DNA of 64,000 bases, from the NCBI GenBank assembly GCA_016839585.1, contig JAEOTZ010000056.1, positions 19,967-83,966 of the forward strand. The letters are read 5' to 3'. The position numbers and the translations under genes were made by a program. Below are positions 18,981 to 29,594 of the stretch, in pieces. Source of the stretch: Promethearchaeota archaeon. GTDB lineage: Archaea > Asgardarchaeota > Lokiarchaeia > Sigyniarchaeales > SOKP01. The notes below the pieces were generated by a model. It was not told the origin of the DNA and made no database searches. It was given only the letters and a program-made list of their open reading frames with translations. The stretch's first letter is position 1. Every line of letters starts with the position of its first letter.

Positions 18981-20471
18981 TCAGCTACTGCTAATTCCCT
19001 TCAAATAATTACGCTTCTGGAGTAAAATTTGAATTTGCTCATCTACACGAGCTAAATCCATTCGTTCAGATATTTTTCCTCCAGATGTTCTTAATTTTTC
19101 CCATTTGAGAAAATTTTTTGATAATTCAGTTTGCTCCTCTTCGATTCGTTTAGTTAATAAATTTAAACCATGTAAATGAGCAATATCTAAAGCTTGTGTT
19201 AATAACTCTTGAGCTTCCTTAAATTCAAAAGTCACTAACCTTAATTTAGCTTGGATTAAGTGCATTTCGGCAAGGAGCGAAAAAAGTTCTTCATTTTCGG
19301 CGATAAACCGAATTTTTTCAATGTAAGGTTGGACATTATCTAATTCTTTTAAATTGCTAGATTTCTTTAGGCGTATTAAATAAAGATCGCATAAATTTAT
19401 TAAAGCATATAATTGAAACTCTAGAAATTTAGTATCCTTATTAGCAACTTCCTTAAAGATTTTTTCTGCTTTTGATTGAGAAATCTCGCGAGAATCTTTT
19501 TTTAACAATGCAGCTTCTTGAAGTCGATAAATTAACTCATTAAATTTGAAAGTCCCTTGTTTAACAAGTTCTCCCATTCGATCGTGACATTGTTGAGCTT
19601 TTTCAAGAGAATTTGATTTTAAATAAGTATCAAAAAGAGAGGAAATTAAAAGAAAAGTTTTCCAACTATTAATTTTGTAACACAACGATAGTCCTCTTTC
19701 TAAATGTTCTATTGCTTGCTTAATTTCTCCCTTTTCAGTAAGTTCCATTCCTAAAGAGTTATAAGCCCCAATAATTTCTTGTTTATCGTTAAGTTCGATG
19801 GCTAGTGCTAAGTATCGTCTTTTATATTCTAAAGCACGATCACTTTCACCCTTAATACTATATATGATAGATAACCATTTAGTTGTTTGCAGAATTAGCT
19901 TTTTATCATTTATCTCTTTAGCAAGTTGAGAAGCTTCACAAAAAAACATTAAACAATGGGAAATATCACCCCAACTAAAATAACAACAGCCCTTACGTAA
20001 TAAAACATATCCCTTCATCATTTTGAATTCATGCGAGGATTTTTGATTGTTCCTTGCAAGCAATTCTTCTGCTTCATTAATCACTTCTAAAGAGTTACTT
20101 GGTTCAAGCATACTTCCAAAAATTCGACTCTTCAACATAAGAGAACTAATGATTTCGTAATCTGATTTCAATTCTTTACTTTCTTTGTAGGCGAGTTCAG
20201 CGTAATTCAAAGCTTCTTTAGTAGATAAAAGATCAAAAAGAATAGAACTCTTCAAAAAAGAATAATGAAATCTTTCATGAGTAGTTAGATTTCTATTAAC
20301 ATCAAAATTATTTAAAATTTTGAGAGCTTCTTTGAGTTTCCAATTATTTTTCAGATTTTCTGCCTGTTCTAATTCTTGATTATTAATAATCGGCATCATG
20401 GTCAACTCTAACCTCAATTTTGGAGTAAAATTCTTATTAAGCTTCTCTAAATAAAGACACCTCTTAATCAT
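18981..20471 (-). CDS. Tetratricopeptide-repeat protein
   Basis: Repeated TPR-like helices (e.g. GAYNSLGMELTEKGEIKQAIEHLERGL); likely start at 20399. Confidence 0.8.
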   Translation of the reverse strand: MIKRCLYLEKLNKNFTPKLRLELTMMPIINNQELEQAENLKNNWKLKEALKILNNFDVNRNLTTHERFHYSFLKSSILFDLLSTKEALNYAELAYKESKELKSDYEIISSLMLKSRIFGSMLEPSNSLEVINEAEELLARNNQKSSHEFKMMKGYVLLRKGCCYFSWGDISHCLMFFCEASQLAKEINDKKLILQTTKWLSIIYSIKGESDRALEYKRRYLALAIELNDKQEIIGAYNSLGMELTEKGEIKQAIEHLERGLSLCYKINSWKTFLLISSLFDTYLKSNSLEKAQQCHDRMGELVKQGTFKFNELIYRLQEAALLKKDSREISQSKAEKIFKEVANKDTKFLEFQLYALINLCDLYLIRLKKSSNLKELDNVQPYIEKIRFIAENEELFSLLAEMHLIQAKLRLVTFEFKEAQELLTQALDIAHLHGLNLLTKRIEEEQTELSKNFLKWEKLRTSGGKISERMDLARVDEQIQILLQKRNYLKGISSS

Positions 20472-21124
20472 TTCTTCATTATTATCTTTTTTTTTAGTTC
20501 AAAGAGAGCAGCGAGAGGTAAAGAGATGTCAAAATAAACAAAAGCCTCCTCTGTATTTAAATCTTCTTCCATTGCCAACTTTTGCAACTTCAAAATGTAT
20601 TCGGCATGGATATCCATTAGAGCTTCAGCGCGCTTTTTATCAAAATAGAACACAACAGGTGCAGGGATAAAGGATAAATATTCATCGTAGATATCTTTAA
20701 CTTTTTCAGGATCATCCAACTTGCTTTCAAGAAGATTCAGCAGTGGATCTAAATAACTCAACAATTTACTGATGTTATAACCTGTTTTTCGATAATGATT
20801 AATTACTTTTTTGTAAAAATTCTCCTCTTCTTCCTCTGCTTTTTTAAATTTTGGGTTAATTCTATAAATTTTTGGAGGAATTCTTCCTTTTATGACATTT
20901 TCAGGTGTTCTGCAGAGAAGAAGCCCCTCATTCTTCATTAGTTTTAGGTGCCTAGCGACCGTTGTTTTCCCTTGTTCTACATAATGAGTAATTTGAGTGA
21001 CATTCAATTCATTATGTAGTTCAAGGAGAGCCCATATATCAGATCTTATTCTGTGTTTAGCTATTAATTGGTCCCATTCTTCTTCAATTACATAAGTATT
21101 TTCTACATCTGACGAAATTTTCAT
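20468..21124 (-). CDS. Winged-HTH (ArsR-like) transcriptional regulator
   Basis: RSDIWALLELHNELNVTQI...KTTVARHLKLMKNEGLL. Confidence 0.75.
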   Translation of the reverse strand: MKISSDVENTYVIEEEWDQLIAKHRIRSDIWALLELHNELNVTQITHYVEQGKTTVARHLKLMKNEGLLLCRTPENVIKGRIPPKIYRINPKFKKAEEEEENFYKKVINHYRKTGYNISKLLSYLDPLLNLLESKLDDPEKVKDIYDEYLSFIPAPVVFYFDKKRAEALMDIHAEYILKLQKLAMEEDLNTEEAFVYFDISLPLAALFELKKKIIMKK

Positions 21125-21484
21125 ACCCTCTTTATAAATTTATTTTGGATATTAATATTACTCTTATTTTATTTTAATGTATAGAATTTTTCACATTTTT
21201 CATGATAATTTTACAATATATATACTATGGAATGTTATTAATTTTTACTTTTATATAATATATATTGATCTTAAATATAAAAATCTGATCGAAATATTTA
21301 TATGCAATACGTTCTGTTTAATATAATAATGGCACGATATTAGGATCAAGTCACAAAAATTTGTATAATCGAACGAAATTAATATAAATTAGTTTCTAAA
21401 AAAAAGGCAATTATAATGATTTTAGGAAAAGGATTCAAAAAAAAATAAAGAGTTAAATACAGAAAATAAGTAAATGGTGTTTTA

Positions 21485-23275
21485 ATGAATAAAAAAAAAA
21501 TACTGATTACTACTATAGTAATCCTGACTTTAAGCACTTTTGTGGATGTTATATTTTGTTCCTCGAATAGTAAAATTGATTTTCACAACAGACAATTGAA
21601 AATAGACAAAGATGATATCACAAATCTAAAATCCTCAACTGTTACTGTTAATACGACCGAAACTGACTTCTGGTATGATGGAGGAACAGCTTTTGGTGTT
21701 GATGTATCAGGGGGAAAAGCATATATAGCAGATGGGTTTGATGGATTAGAGATTATTGCTGTCTCAGATCCATCAGATATTTATGAAGTGAACCAATATC
21801 ATGATGGGGAGGGAGAAGCTAGGAAGGTCTTAGTTAGCGGGGATATGGCATACGTCGTAGAAAGATATTATGGAGTTCCGTTTGTTTGGCAAGCTATAGA
21901 GTATGTTGATCTTACATATGGAATTTTAGACTACCACCTCCAGGCTACTGAAACACGAAATATAGCACTCTCTGGTGACCTCTATGTGGCGAGTTGGCTT
22001 TATGGTGTAGAGGTATTTAGGCCCCCTCATCCAATATCTTTACCATACCCCCCGTACACGGAGTACCCAAGTATAATTGGTGCTTACTATAACGGTAATA
22101 ATGCGTCGAGAGATGTAACAATTTCAGATCAATACGTCTATGTTGCAGATGGTTTTTATGGTTTAGAAATCTATAATAGAACTGATCAGTCTCTAGTTGG
22201 ATATTATAATGATGGTGGTGATGCACTTGATATTTTTATTGTAGGAGATTATGCGTATGTTGGAGAAGGTTCTGATGGATTTGAGATAATTGATATTTCA
22301 GATCCTGCCCATCCAGAGGAACTAGGAAATTACAGTGATGGTGGTTATACATATGATATTTTTGTTGTAGGAGATTATGCGTATGTAGCTGATGGATCTG
22401 ATGGTTTGGAGATTATTGATATCTCAGTTCCTGCCCATCCAGTGGAAGTGGGAGGATATTATGACGGCAGTGGAACTGCCTATGAAGTTTTTGTTGTAGG
22501 AAATTATGCTTATGTAGCTGATGGGGATGATGGATTAGAGGTCATATATATTGATATTGTTGAACATTTTTTAGATGTCACTTCACCTACTGATTCATCA
22601 TATTGGCAGACAGGTGATAAATATCATATAAATTGGTATTGGGAAGGTGAAATCAATAATGTAAGGATTACATTACTTAAGGATGGTGCCTATGACCAAA
22701 CTATCAATGCAAACACTTCTAACGATGGAGATTACGAGTGGTCTGTACCTGGGGGGTTAGCTTATTCAAAACAGTATCAAATAAAAATAGAAGACGTTTT
22801 AGATCCGAGTGTGTTTGATTTAAGTAGTACCTTTGAAATATATACCAATACCATTACTGTATTAACACCAGATAGTACCACGTCCTGGGAAGCAGGAAAA
22901 TCCCAATACATTTACTGGGATTATACCGGCCGTATATCTACTGTTGATATCGTTCTGTATGAAGAAGGTAATTATGTGGATACAATTGAAACTTATATTC
23001 CGAATGAGGGTTCTTATTATTGGACAATCGATTCAAGTTTGGATGGTTCTACACGATACCAAATCAAAATCATGGAATCTGGAGATCCTAATATTTATAG
23101 CCTAAGCGATTATTTTACTATTGTAGAACCTCCCATTCAGAAGACGCCAATCTGGAAAGAAGGGTGGTTTTGGGCTATGATAGGGGCACTAGGCGGGTTA
23201 GTTCCCATTACTGCGATTATAGGGTATATAAGAAAGCGATTAAGGAGAAAAAAAAAGATTAAAAAAGAAATGTGA
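21485..23275 (+). CDS. Cell-surface LVIVD-repeat beta-propeller protein with two Kre9/Ser-Thr-rich Ig-like domains and a C-terminal TM anchor
   Basis: Signal peptide, YAYVADG.DGLEIIDIS repeats, two V.SP....W..G....I.W...NDG.Y.W domains, then TM plus basic tail. Confidence 0.85.
   Translation: MNKKKILITTIVILTLSTFVDVIFCSSNSKIDFHNRQLKIDKDDITNLKSSTVTVNTTETDFWYDGGTAFGVDVSGGKAYIADGFDGLEIIAVSDPSDIYEVNQYHDGEGEARKVLVSGDMAYVVERYYGVPFVWQAIEYVDLTYGILDYHLQATETRNIALSGDLYVASWLYGVEVFRPPHPISLPYPPYTEYPSIIGAYYNGNNASRDVTISDQYVYVADGFYGLEIYNRTDQSLVGYYNDGGDALDIFIVGDYAYVGEGSDGFEIIDISDPAHPEELGNYSDGGYTYDIFVVGDYAYVADGSDGLEIIDISVPAHPVEVGGYYDGSGTAYEVFVVGNYAYVADGDDGLEVIYIDIVEHFLDVTSPTDSSYWQTGDKYHINWYWEGEINNVRITLLKDGAYDQTINANTSNDGDYEWSVPGGLAYSKQYQIKIEDVLDPSVFDLSSTFEIYTNTITVLTPDSTTSWEAGKSQYIYWDYTGRISTVDIVLYEEGNYVDTIETYIPNEGSYYWTIDSSLDGSTRYQIKIMESGDPNIYSLSDYFTIVEPPIQKTPIWKEGWFWAMIGALGGLVPITAIIGYIRKRLRRKKKIKKEM
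22229..22560 (+). repeat. Intragenic tandem repeats (~126-129 bp LVIVD units)
   Basis: Units begin at 22229, 22355 and 22484 with high nucleotide identity. Confidence 0.8.
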
Positions 23276-23300
23276 ATTATTTTTTTTACTTTTATTTTAT

Positions 23301-23385
23301 TTATTTTTTTCTTTCTATTTTTCTTGCAGTTTTTTAGCTATGTTTTGGGCAAGTTCACATCCAACTATCTCTATTCCGTTAATTT
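23301..23385. repeat. Dispersed repeat B, copy 2
   Basis: Matches 17511-17595; minus strand reads EINGIEIVGCELAQNIAKKLQEK*. Confidence 0.7.
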
Positions 23386-23416
23386 CCCACTTAAGCTGTT
23401 TTAATTATGAATACTA

Positions 23417-23473
23417 TGAATATTGTTCTGCTAATTTAGAAGAAGAAGAAAGTTTTGAGAGGTTACGAGCCTA
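23417..23473. repeat. Dispersed repeat C, copy 1 (copy 2 at 26365-26421)
   Basis: tgaat.ttgttctgctaa...ttttgagag.tt.cgagccta is shared; Zn-ribbon remnant (KYCESCSANL in copy 2). Confidence 0.65.
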
Positions 23474-23612
23474 CAATAAAAGACTATATGAAGAAGAACA
23501 AAAACAGAAAAGTTAAATAATGAACTTATTTTTAATTTCATTTTTGTTATTATTTCTGCTAAAGATCCTTTAAGAGATTGGAATTTATTCCCATTAAGGA
23601 TCCAAAAACGTT

Positions 23613-24149
23613 TCACATTTTAGAGTCGCTCGTAGGAGGATCTATTTCTACCTTGTTCCGGTTGTATATCTCTGATATGATTTTAAAGAATGATGCTTTT
23701 CTTTCTCTAAAATGATCTTTTGTCTCACCCTTATGTTTATTTATAGTGAATTTACACTTTTTTGTCTTGTAGTTACCTTTTTTATCCAAAACGAGAGCAC
23801 GCTTTTTTCTTGCTTTTAGTACTACTTGTACTTGACCCGGTTTTTTCGGGATAATATTAGCTACGTCGTGCCATCTTACCCATTTATCTTTTATGCCACT
23901 AGCTTCACGAATTTTATCTAAAGCAATGGTGTGAAGAACCCCAGGAGCTACCGTGAACATACTCCAGGCAAAACCGTTTTCACTTACTATTAAGAAGCCA
24001 GTAACTGGGCTGCGGGCAGCACCGCTTTTAGCACGCTGGCATGCTGAGGTGATGATTGGATCGCCTATGGGGACATTATTCATTAAGCCTTCATACCTTT
24101 TAACTTTATTAGGAGGAACTTCCCAACCTTTTATTATTGGAGGAGTCAT
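23613..24149 (-). CDS. Hypothetical protein (basic, beta-rich)
   Basis: 178-aa ORF; GFLIVSENGFAW...KWVRWHDVANI is loosely PH-like. Confidence 0.6.
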   Translation of the reverse strand: MTPPIIKGWEVPPNKVKRYEGLMNNVPIGDPIITSACQRAKSGAARSPVTGFLIVSENGFAWSMFTVAPGVLHTIALDKIREASGIKDKWVRWHDVANIIPKKPGQVQVVLKARKKRALVLDKKGNYKTKKCKFTINKHKGETKDHFRERKASFFKIISEIYNRNKVEIDPPTSDSKM

Positions 24150-24330
24150 CTTTTTTATGTTCTTTTCGCCAAGAAAGTATATATTATAATATAAAAAGAT
24201 TTTTACTAATTATTTAAGATTTTATGTTTTCTGTTCTTCTCTTTTAAACAAAGAAGTAAAATATATTATACTCTTTATTTTTTTCAATATAAATTCAAAA
24301 TTAAATTAAAAAAAAAAAGAGAAAATTTTA

Positions 24331-26160
24331 TTATTTTTTTATTTTCCTGTAAAAGATTATTGATGCAAAACCGATAACCAGGAACGCTGTACTTATTAAT
24401 ACATATAAATCATATCCTGGTATAACTTCATCCTTATCTGCTTTAGCAGATATTAGATTATATTCAAAGATTACGGTATTTTCATCATTAAGTAGCTGAA
24501 CGGTCTTATAAATACCGAGAATTTCATCATATGTGCATTTTATTTGAAAATCTTCAATAGCTGTGCCATTTTGAGTAACAGTTAACCCAGATAATTCAGT
24601 TCCGGCGGGATATGAACGTCCTACTAAATAATAATAAGCGGGAACTGGTACAAACCACATCCAACTTCCCCAACTTCCATCTTCAGGATCGCAATATAAT
24701 CCCGTGCCTGTGGTATAACTTGGTTCTGCACTAAAACTAATAGTAGTCCAATCCCATACATCATAATACACATACCATAAGTTACCATCTAAGGTGATGT
24801 CATTGATTTTTCTTTTCATTTTAGCATCAAGCTGATTACAATCTGTTCCAAAAAGGGATTGTATATCAATTTCCCAAGAACCTCCAAATACATTTTCCAA
24901 TTCACCAGTATTCAATTTTGTCACTTTCCATTCGAATTCACTTCCAACAGGAATTTTAAACTCGAGGAGAATCACTTCAAAGATAGTGTCACCTGCTGAA
25001 TTTTTAATTTGGAAGAGGTCTGTAACACCAAGATTTTCATCATAAGTCCATATAGCTTCATAAGCTTCAACATCAGCATTGGTTTCGGTTACTATATTTC
25101 CTGAAGCACTAGTTCCAGCAGAATATGAAAGTTCCTCTAAAAATGTTACCACAGGGGTAGCAATTAGCCAAACAGATGGATTCCAAAAAAGTCCAGTTGG
25201 ATCCATAGGCAAACCATAAGTTACATCATCTCTATCTGGTAATAGTCCGTGCAATAATTCTTTATCCTTCCAATTCCATCCATCCACAATAATTTGATAC
25301 CAATCATCGAGACTAGGATAATTTAAAACAGAAACTATTTCAAATTTTGATTTATTACCCACTTCAGACGGAGCATTTAACGCCCACCAGCAATAATAGT
25401 CTAAAGCTAAATCCCAATCCGATCCAAAAACATCTTCTAATTCTGCTGTATTTAATTCAGTAACAATCCAGTTATAAGTTTCAATGGGTTGAATTTTTAG
25501 CTCAAATCCCCATAATTCGAAAATAACAGTATCAACATCGTTTTTAATCACAAAATTCTTGACTATACCAGTATTTTCATCATAAATCCAATTCACTTCG
25601 AAATTTCCTATATCAGTTCCAGTGTAATAAACAATATTATCATAAATGGAGTATCCCGTGTCATATGATACATTTGCAAGATATATACTTACTGGTCTTC
25701 CTATTATCCACACACTGGGATTCCAGAGCTCTCCCGAGGGATTCATAGGCAGGCTATAACCTTGATCATCTCTTACTGGAGTAGCTCCGAAAGTATTAAT
25801 TTTGTCTATCCATCCCCATCCATCATAAGTAATTCGCCACCAATCAGGATAAGAAGGATGATCCGTAATATTAACAATTGCAAATTTGGATTTCTGACCA
25901 AGAGCACTCGGTGCTACATCCCCACACCACCACATATAATCTCCTACATCAGTTGCCCAATCTCCACCAAACACACTATTTAATTCAGTAGTATCTAATT
26001 CTGTACACACGAATTCAAAATAATCATCAATTTCAAATCCAAGACTGTAATCACCTACAGCATTGGTTTTAGGTGTAGGTGATGCTACTCCTTGGAAGAT
26101 CACACTAGAAACAAGAAGGTTTAAGAGTACTACATAAATTATCCATTTTTTTGATTTCAT
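24331..26160 (-). CDS. Secreted three-repeat protein with Loki-CTERM-type sorting signal
   Basis: Signal peptide; three ~180-aa repeats (TELxTxELxxVFGxxW...YDENxG); C-terminal IPGYDL + TM + RKIKK. Confidence 0.85.
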   Translation of the reverse strand: MKSKKWIIYVVLLNLLVSSVIFQGVASPTPKTNAVGDYSLGFEIDDYFEFVCTELDTTELNSVFGGDWATDVGDYMWWCGDVAPSALGQKSKFAIVNITDHPSYPDWWRITYDGWGWIDKINTFGATPVRDDQGYSLPMNPSGELWNPSVWIIGRPVSIYLANVSYDTGYSIYDNIVYYTGTDIGNFEVNWIYDENTGIVKNFVIKNDVDTVIFELWGFELKIQPIETYNWIVTELNTAELEDVFGSDWDLALDYYCWWALNAPSEVGNKSKFEIVSVLNYPSLDDWYQIIVDGWNWKDKELLHGLLPDRDDVTYGLPMDPTGLFWNPSVWLIATPVVTFLEELSYSAGTSASGNIVTETNADVEAYEAIWTYDENLGVTDLFQIKNSAGDTIFEVILLEFKIPVGSEFEWKVTKLNTGELENVFGGSWEIDIQSLFGTDCNQLDAKMKRKINDITLDGNLWYVYYDVWDWTTISFSAEPSYTTGTGLYCDPEDGSWGSWMWFVPVPAYYYLVGRSYPAGTELSGLTVTQNGTAIEDFQIKCTYDEILGIYKTVQLLNDENTVIFEYNLISAKADKDEVIPGYDLYVLISTAFLVIGFASIIFYRKIKK

Positions 26161-26364
26161 AAAAATCGCTTTTTTATTTTATATTATTTAATTTCTTTCA
26201 AAAAGTAATTAAATATATATTAGATCTTCAAACGTATATATTAATATTAATGTTTTTTTTTTTTCTTGAAATAGGTTATTTTTAACTAATGATCGATAAC
26301 TACACTACTTCAATTTATAAGCTTCGAGTAACTCCCCGATGATAAGGAGTAATTTGAAATATTG

Positions 26365-26421
26365 TGAATCTTGTTCTGCTAACTTGGTAGAATAAAATGG
26401 TTTTGAGAGCTTGCGAGCCTA
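26365..26421. repeat. Dispersed repeat C, copy 2
   Basis: Matches 23417-23473. Confidence 0.65.
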
Positions 26422-26456
26422 TATTAATAAAACTCTTGATATTTTGAAATTAGGCT

Positions 26457-26822
26457 AATTCAATGCTTAATTTATTAGTGGAGAATTGTATATTTTTATA
26501 ATATTTAGTGATTATTTATTCTAGCAATCCATAAAATTATAAATGAAGGTGATTAAAAATTACATTAAAATTTCCAAGTTCTATAATTTGTCCTAGCTGC
26601 AACAAGGAAATTAGGTTCGAAAGCGATGAAAAGGGTTTGCTAAAGACTGCTGATCTTCTTACAATGAGAATAAGGACTCCACTTTATACAGTTCCTGGAA
26701 AAATAACAGATGCCCGTGTAGATATAACTATATGCACTCAATGTAGCACGATAGTTGGACTTGGTAGAAAAATATAAGTTCTGCTTAAATTTTATTCAGC
26801 TATAATCTAATTTTTTCTTTTT
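26457..26822 (+). repeat. Dispersed direct repeat A, copy 2
   Basis: Matches 18215-18572. Confidence 0.9.
26559..26777 (+). CDS. Small Zn-ribbon protein, copy 2 (apparent ATT start)
   Basis: ITLKFPSSIICPSCNK...ITICTQCSTIVG; frame and all four Cys preserved versus copy 1. Confidence 0.6.
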   Translation: MTLKFPSSIICPSCNKEIRFESDEKGLLKTADLLTMRIRTPLYTVPGKITDARVDITICTQCSTIVGLGRKI

Positions 26823-27036
26823 TAATTTCTATTTCTTCTCCTTCCATTATGGAAAATGGAAATACGCAACTGTAAAATAAAAATTATAAATATAATGTTA
26901 TTTAGGAGGGTTTAAAAAGCTTTTATTATTTAATAGGTATATCTATTATATGAAAAAGAAAAGAATGGTTTTTTTCTAGTTTTATAGGGTTTCTAGAGAA
27001 AAAAGAATAACACTAAGATTTCTAGAGAAGGTTGAG

Positions 27037-27756
27037 ATGAAGAATTTACTTGAATTAAAAAAAATTTATCATTATTATGGGAGTGCAAGGGTGCTTGAAG
27101 AACTCAATTTAAAAATTGAAGAGAAATCTCTAAATGCTGTTATTGGCCCAAACGGTGTTGGAAAATCAACACTCCTTAAATTAATAATTGGTTTAGAAAA
27201 ACCTAACAGAGGAAAAATAGAATTTATAGGTAAAAGAATAGATGGCTTAAAAGCTCATGAAATCACTAAAAAAGGAATCTCACTTTGTCCAGAACGTCGC
27301 AGATTATTCTATGATATGACTGTTTTTGAAAATCTTAAAGTAGGAGGGAAACTAGTAAAAAAAGAAAGCAGGAAAATCTTTAAAGATCAATTAAACTTTG
27401 TTTATGAGATATTCCCTCGTCTTAAAGAAAGAAAAAAACAACGAGCAGGAACCTTAAGCGGGGGTGAACAACAAATGCTTGCGATAAGCCGTACATTAAT
27501 GTCAAATCCAAAACTACTCTTGTTGGATGAACCTTCAGTAGGGTTAGCTCCAATTGTAAAAAAAAAGATATATGGTGCAGTTAAAAAAATAAAACAAGAA
27601 GGAACAACCACTTTATTGGTTACACAGGATATAATTTTTGCAATGCATGTTGCAGATATGATTCATGTACTAGAAGACGGCAAAATTGGAATAAGAGGAA
27701 CAAAAGAACAATTGGAAAAAGAACCTCGAATAAGAAAAGTATATCTAGGAATTTAA
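27037..27756 (+). CDS. livF: Branched-chain amino acid ABC transporter ATPase (LivF-like)
   Basis: GPNGVGKST, CPERRRLF, AGTLSGGEQQMLAI, LLDEPSVGLAP and VYLG motifs. Confidence 0.85.
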   Translation: MKNLLELKKIYHYYGSARVLEELNLKIEEKSLNAVIGPNGVGKSTLLKLIIGLEKPNRGKIEFIGKRIDGLKAHEITKKGISLCPERRRLFYDMTVFENLKVGGKLVKKESRKIFKDQLNFVYEIFPRLKERKKQRAGTLSGGEQQMLAISRTLMSNPKLLLLDEPSVGLAPIVKKKIYGAVKKIKQEGTTTLLVTQDIIFAMHVADMIHVLEDGKIGIRGTKEQLEKEPRIRKVYLGI

Positions 27757-27893
27757 GTGATTTAAAATTTTAAAAATTCTACTATGAAGCTATTAAGCTT
27801 CAAAAACAGCGTTATATCTAGGAAGACAATTCCCTTTAAGAAAATATTTAGGGTAAAAATGTCAAACTCAAAATCATTTGATGTTTTAAGCTA

Positions 27894-28454
27894 TCAATAA
27901 GGGAAACGGAATATACTCCATGGACCAAAAAGAGACAAGAAGAGTCCTATAAAATTTATAATAATCCCAAGAACTCCAAGAATGCTTCCAGTTTTCTCAA
28001 CGTCATTATAAGGTTCGAAAAGCTCTGCTTTTGAACTATTAACTTTAGCAAAAATGCCCATGATTAGACCCCCCACACGAAATAACAAGATCACGATTGC
28101 AATCACTACCATTCTTAAAGTATTATAAGAAGACCAATATAAGACCCTATAATAATTATAGCCAATAATCAAGGTTATTATTCCGATGAGGAGTGAGAAT
28201 ATACCCAATCCAAGGCACCATTTTGAATAAGTCCCTGGGATTCCTATTTGTCTTTGTTGTTTAACTGGTACATAAACTATTTTAGGTACAGTTACATTTG
28301 GAATTCTTTCAGTTTTGTAATCAGTTGCTTTAGAAGTGGTTCGAACTTCAGTTCCACAATTATGACAAAACTTTTGATCTGCTGCTATTTTTTCACCACA
28401 ATAAGAACAAAACATATTTTTTTTTCTATTTGAGATTTCTAATGTATAACGCAC
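27894..28454 (-). CDS. Zn-ribbon membrane protein
   Basis: FCSYCG...FCHNCG then three TM helices; likely start at 28415. Confidence 0.75.
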   Translation of the reverse strand: MRYTLEISNRKKNMFCSYCGEKIAADQKFCHNCGTEVRTTSKATDYKTERIPNVTVPKIVYVPVKQQRQIGIPGTYSKWCLGLGIFSLLIGIITLIIGYNYYRVLYWSSYNTLRMVVIAIVILLFRVGGLIMGIFAKVNSSKAELFEPYNDVEKTGSILGVLGIIINFIGLFLSLFGPWSIFRFPY

Positions 28455-28580
28455 TTAGTATTAGTTAATAATATTGAACAGCTAGCCTTTTAAACTTTCT
28501 CTATCTGTTCATTATATATTTAGAAAACCAATTCTTTCTACTTGACATCAATAAAAAAATAAAGAAAAAAGAAACTCATT

Positions 28581-28790
28581 CTAAGAATCTTTATTTAAAG
28601 TAAAAGTATAGCCTTCGTCTCTTAATATAATCAAAATTCCCTCTTTTCTAAATTTATGCATTAGCGGTTTAACTTCTTTTAGAGGGATGCCATAATTTTC
28701 AGCCATGACTTCAATCATGAATTTAGGAAATTTTTTATAAGTAAGTTGAAGAAACTGGAGCATTTCTAAAAAGGATTCTGAATAATCCAT
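28581..28790 (-). CDS. Small wHTH-like protein
   Basis: 69-aa ORF with SD; helix-turn-helix and wing pattern. Confidence 0.55.
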   Translation of the reverse strand: MDYSESFLEMLQFLQLTYKKFPKFMIEVMAENYGIPLKEVKPLMHKFRKEGILIILRDEGYTFTLNKDS

Positions 28791-28942
28791 TCGAGTACCT
28801 TCACCTCATAGATTCTTGAGTTATCATTGAAATTTATGTACTATTAAAAGTATATAAAGAAAAAACATTGAATCTGGATATAGGTCATATGTCAAATAAA
28901 GATGTTAAAATGATTACCCAAGAATAATAAGTAAATAATTAA

Positions 28943-29434
28943 CTAAGGCATTTCTAGAACAGATTTCCAAGCAGATATTTCCTTTTCCTTATCAATGTGA
29001 AAGGTTTTATCAATTTTTTCCCAGTTGATTTGGTTTAAAACCCCGCCCACAAAATTATCATTTATGGCATGAGCGATTCCTTTAATATATTCATCATTAT
29101 CACTATAAATGTTAATTCTAAGGACATGATTAGTTCCTTTCCTTGCATTAAATGCTGACACTCTAGCATCGACTTCTACAAATACCCATATTTCAGGTGC
29201 TAAATAATATATTTGCTTTTTGCGGGATGGTTTTGATTTGCCCATTTTTGTGGAATCATCTACGGAACTAAGATAGTCCCATATTTCATCAACAGTATCG
29301 GGAATAAAAGTATCGGTCATAAGATCCATTGAATGCCGAGCTTTATTAGCACCGGCATATAACACAGTTTTAGGAAAATTAAGAAGATTATTTTTTTCTG
29401 CAATTTTACGTAGTTTTTTTCCTATGTTCAACAC
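28943..29434 (-). CDS. Hypothetical protein
   Basis: 163-aa ORF; start ambiguous (GTG/TTG/ATA). Confidence 0.6.
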   Translation of the reverse strand: MLNIGKKLRKIAEKNNLLNFPKTVLYAGANKARHSMDLMTDTFIPDTVDEIWDYLSSVDDSTKMGKSKPSRKKQIYYLAPEIWVFVEVDARVSAFNARKGTNHVLRINIYSDNDEYIKGIAHAINDNFVGGVLNQINWEKIDKTFHIDKEKEISAWKSVLEMP

Positions 29435-29594
29435 CTCTAATATTTATTTATTTTAAGTTGATATAATTTTAATTTCTCATATATTTAAGCATTTTATCTA
29501 TTCATATTTCATATCCATAATTTTTAATAGATTAACATTTAATAATAATCTCAACTTAATTTAGCATATACCTAGAAAGCTAGAGGGTTTTAAA

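Noticed and set aside
23431-23616. 61-aa minus-strand ORF
   Set aside because: It overlaps decayed repeat C, whose coding remnant is on the + strand, and has no motif.
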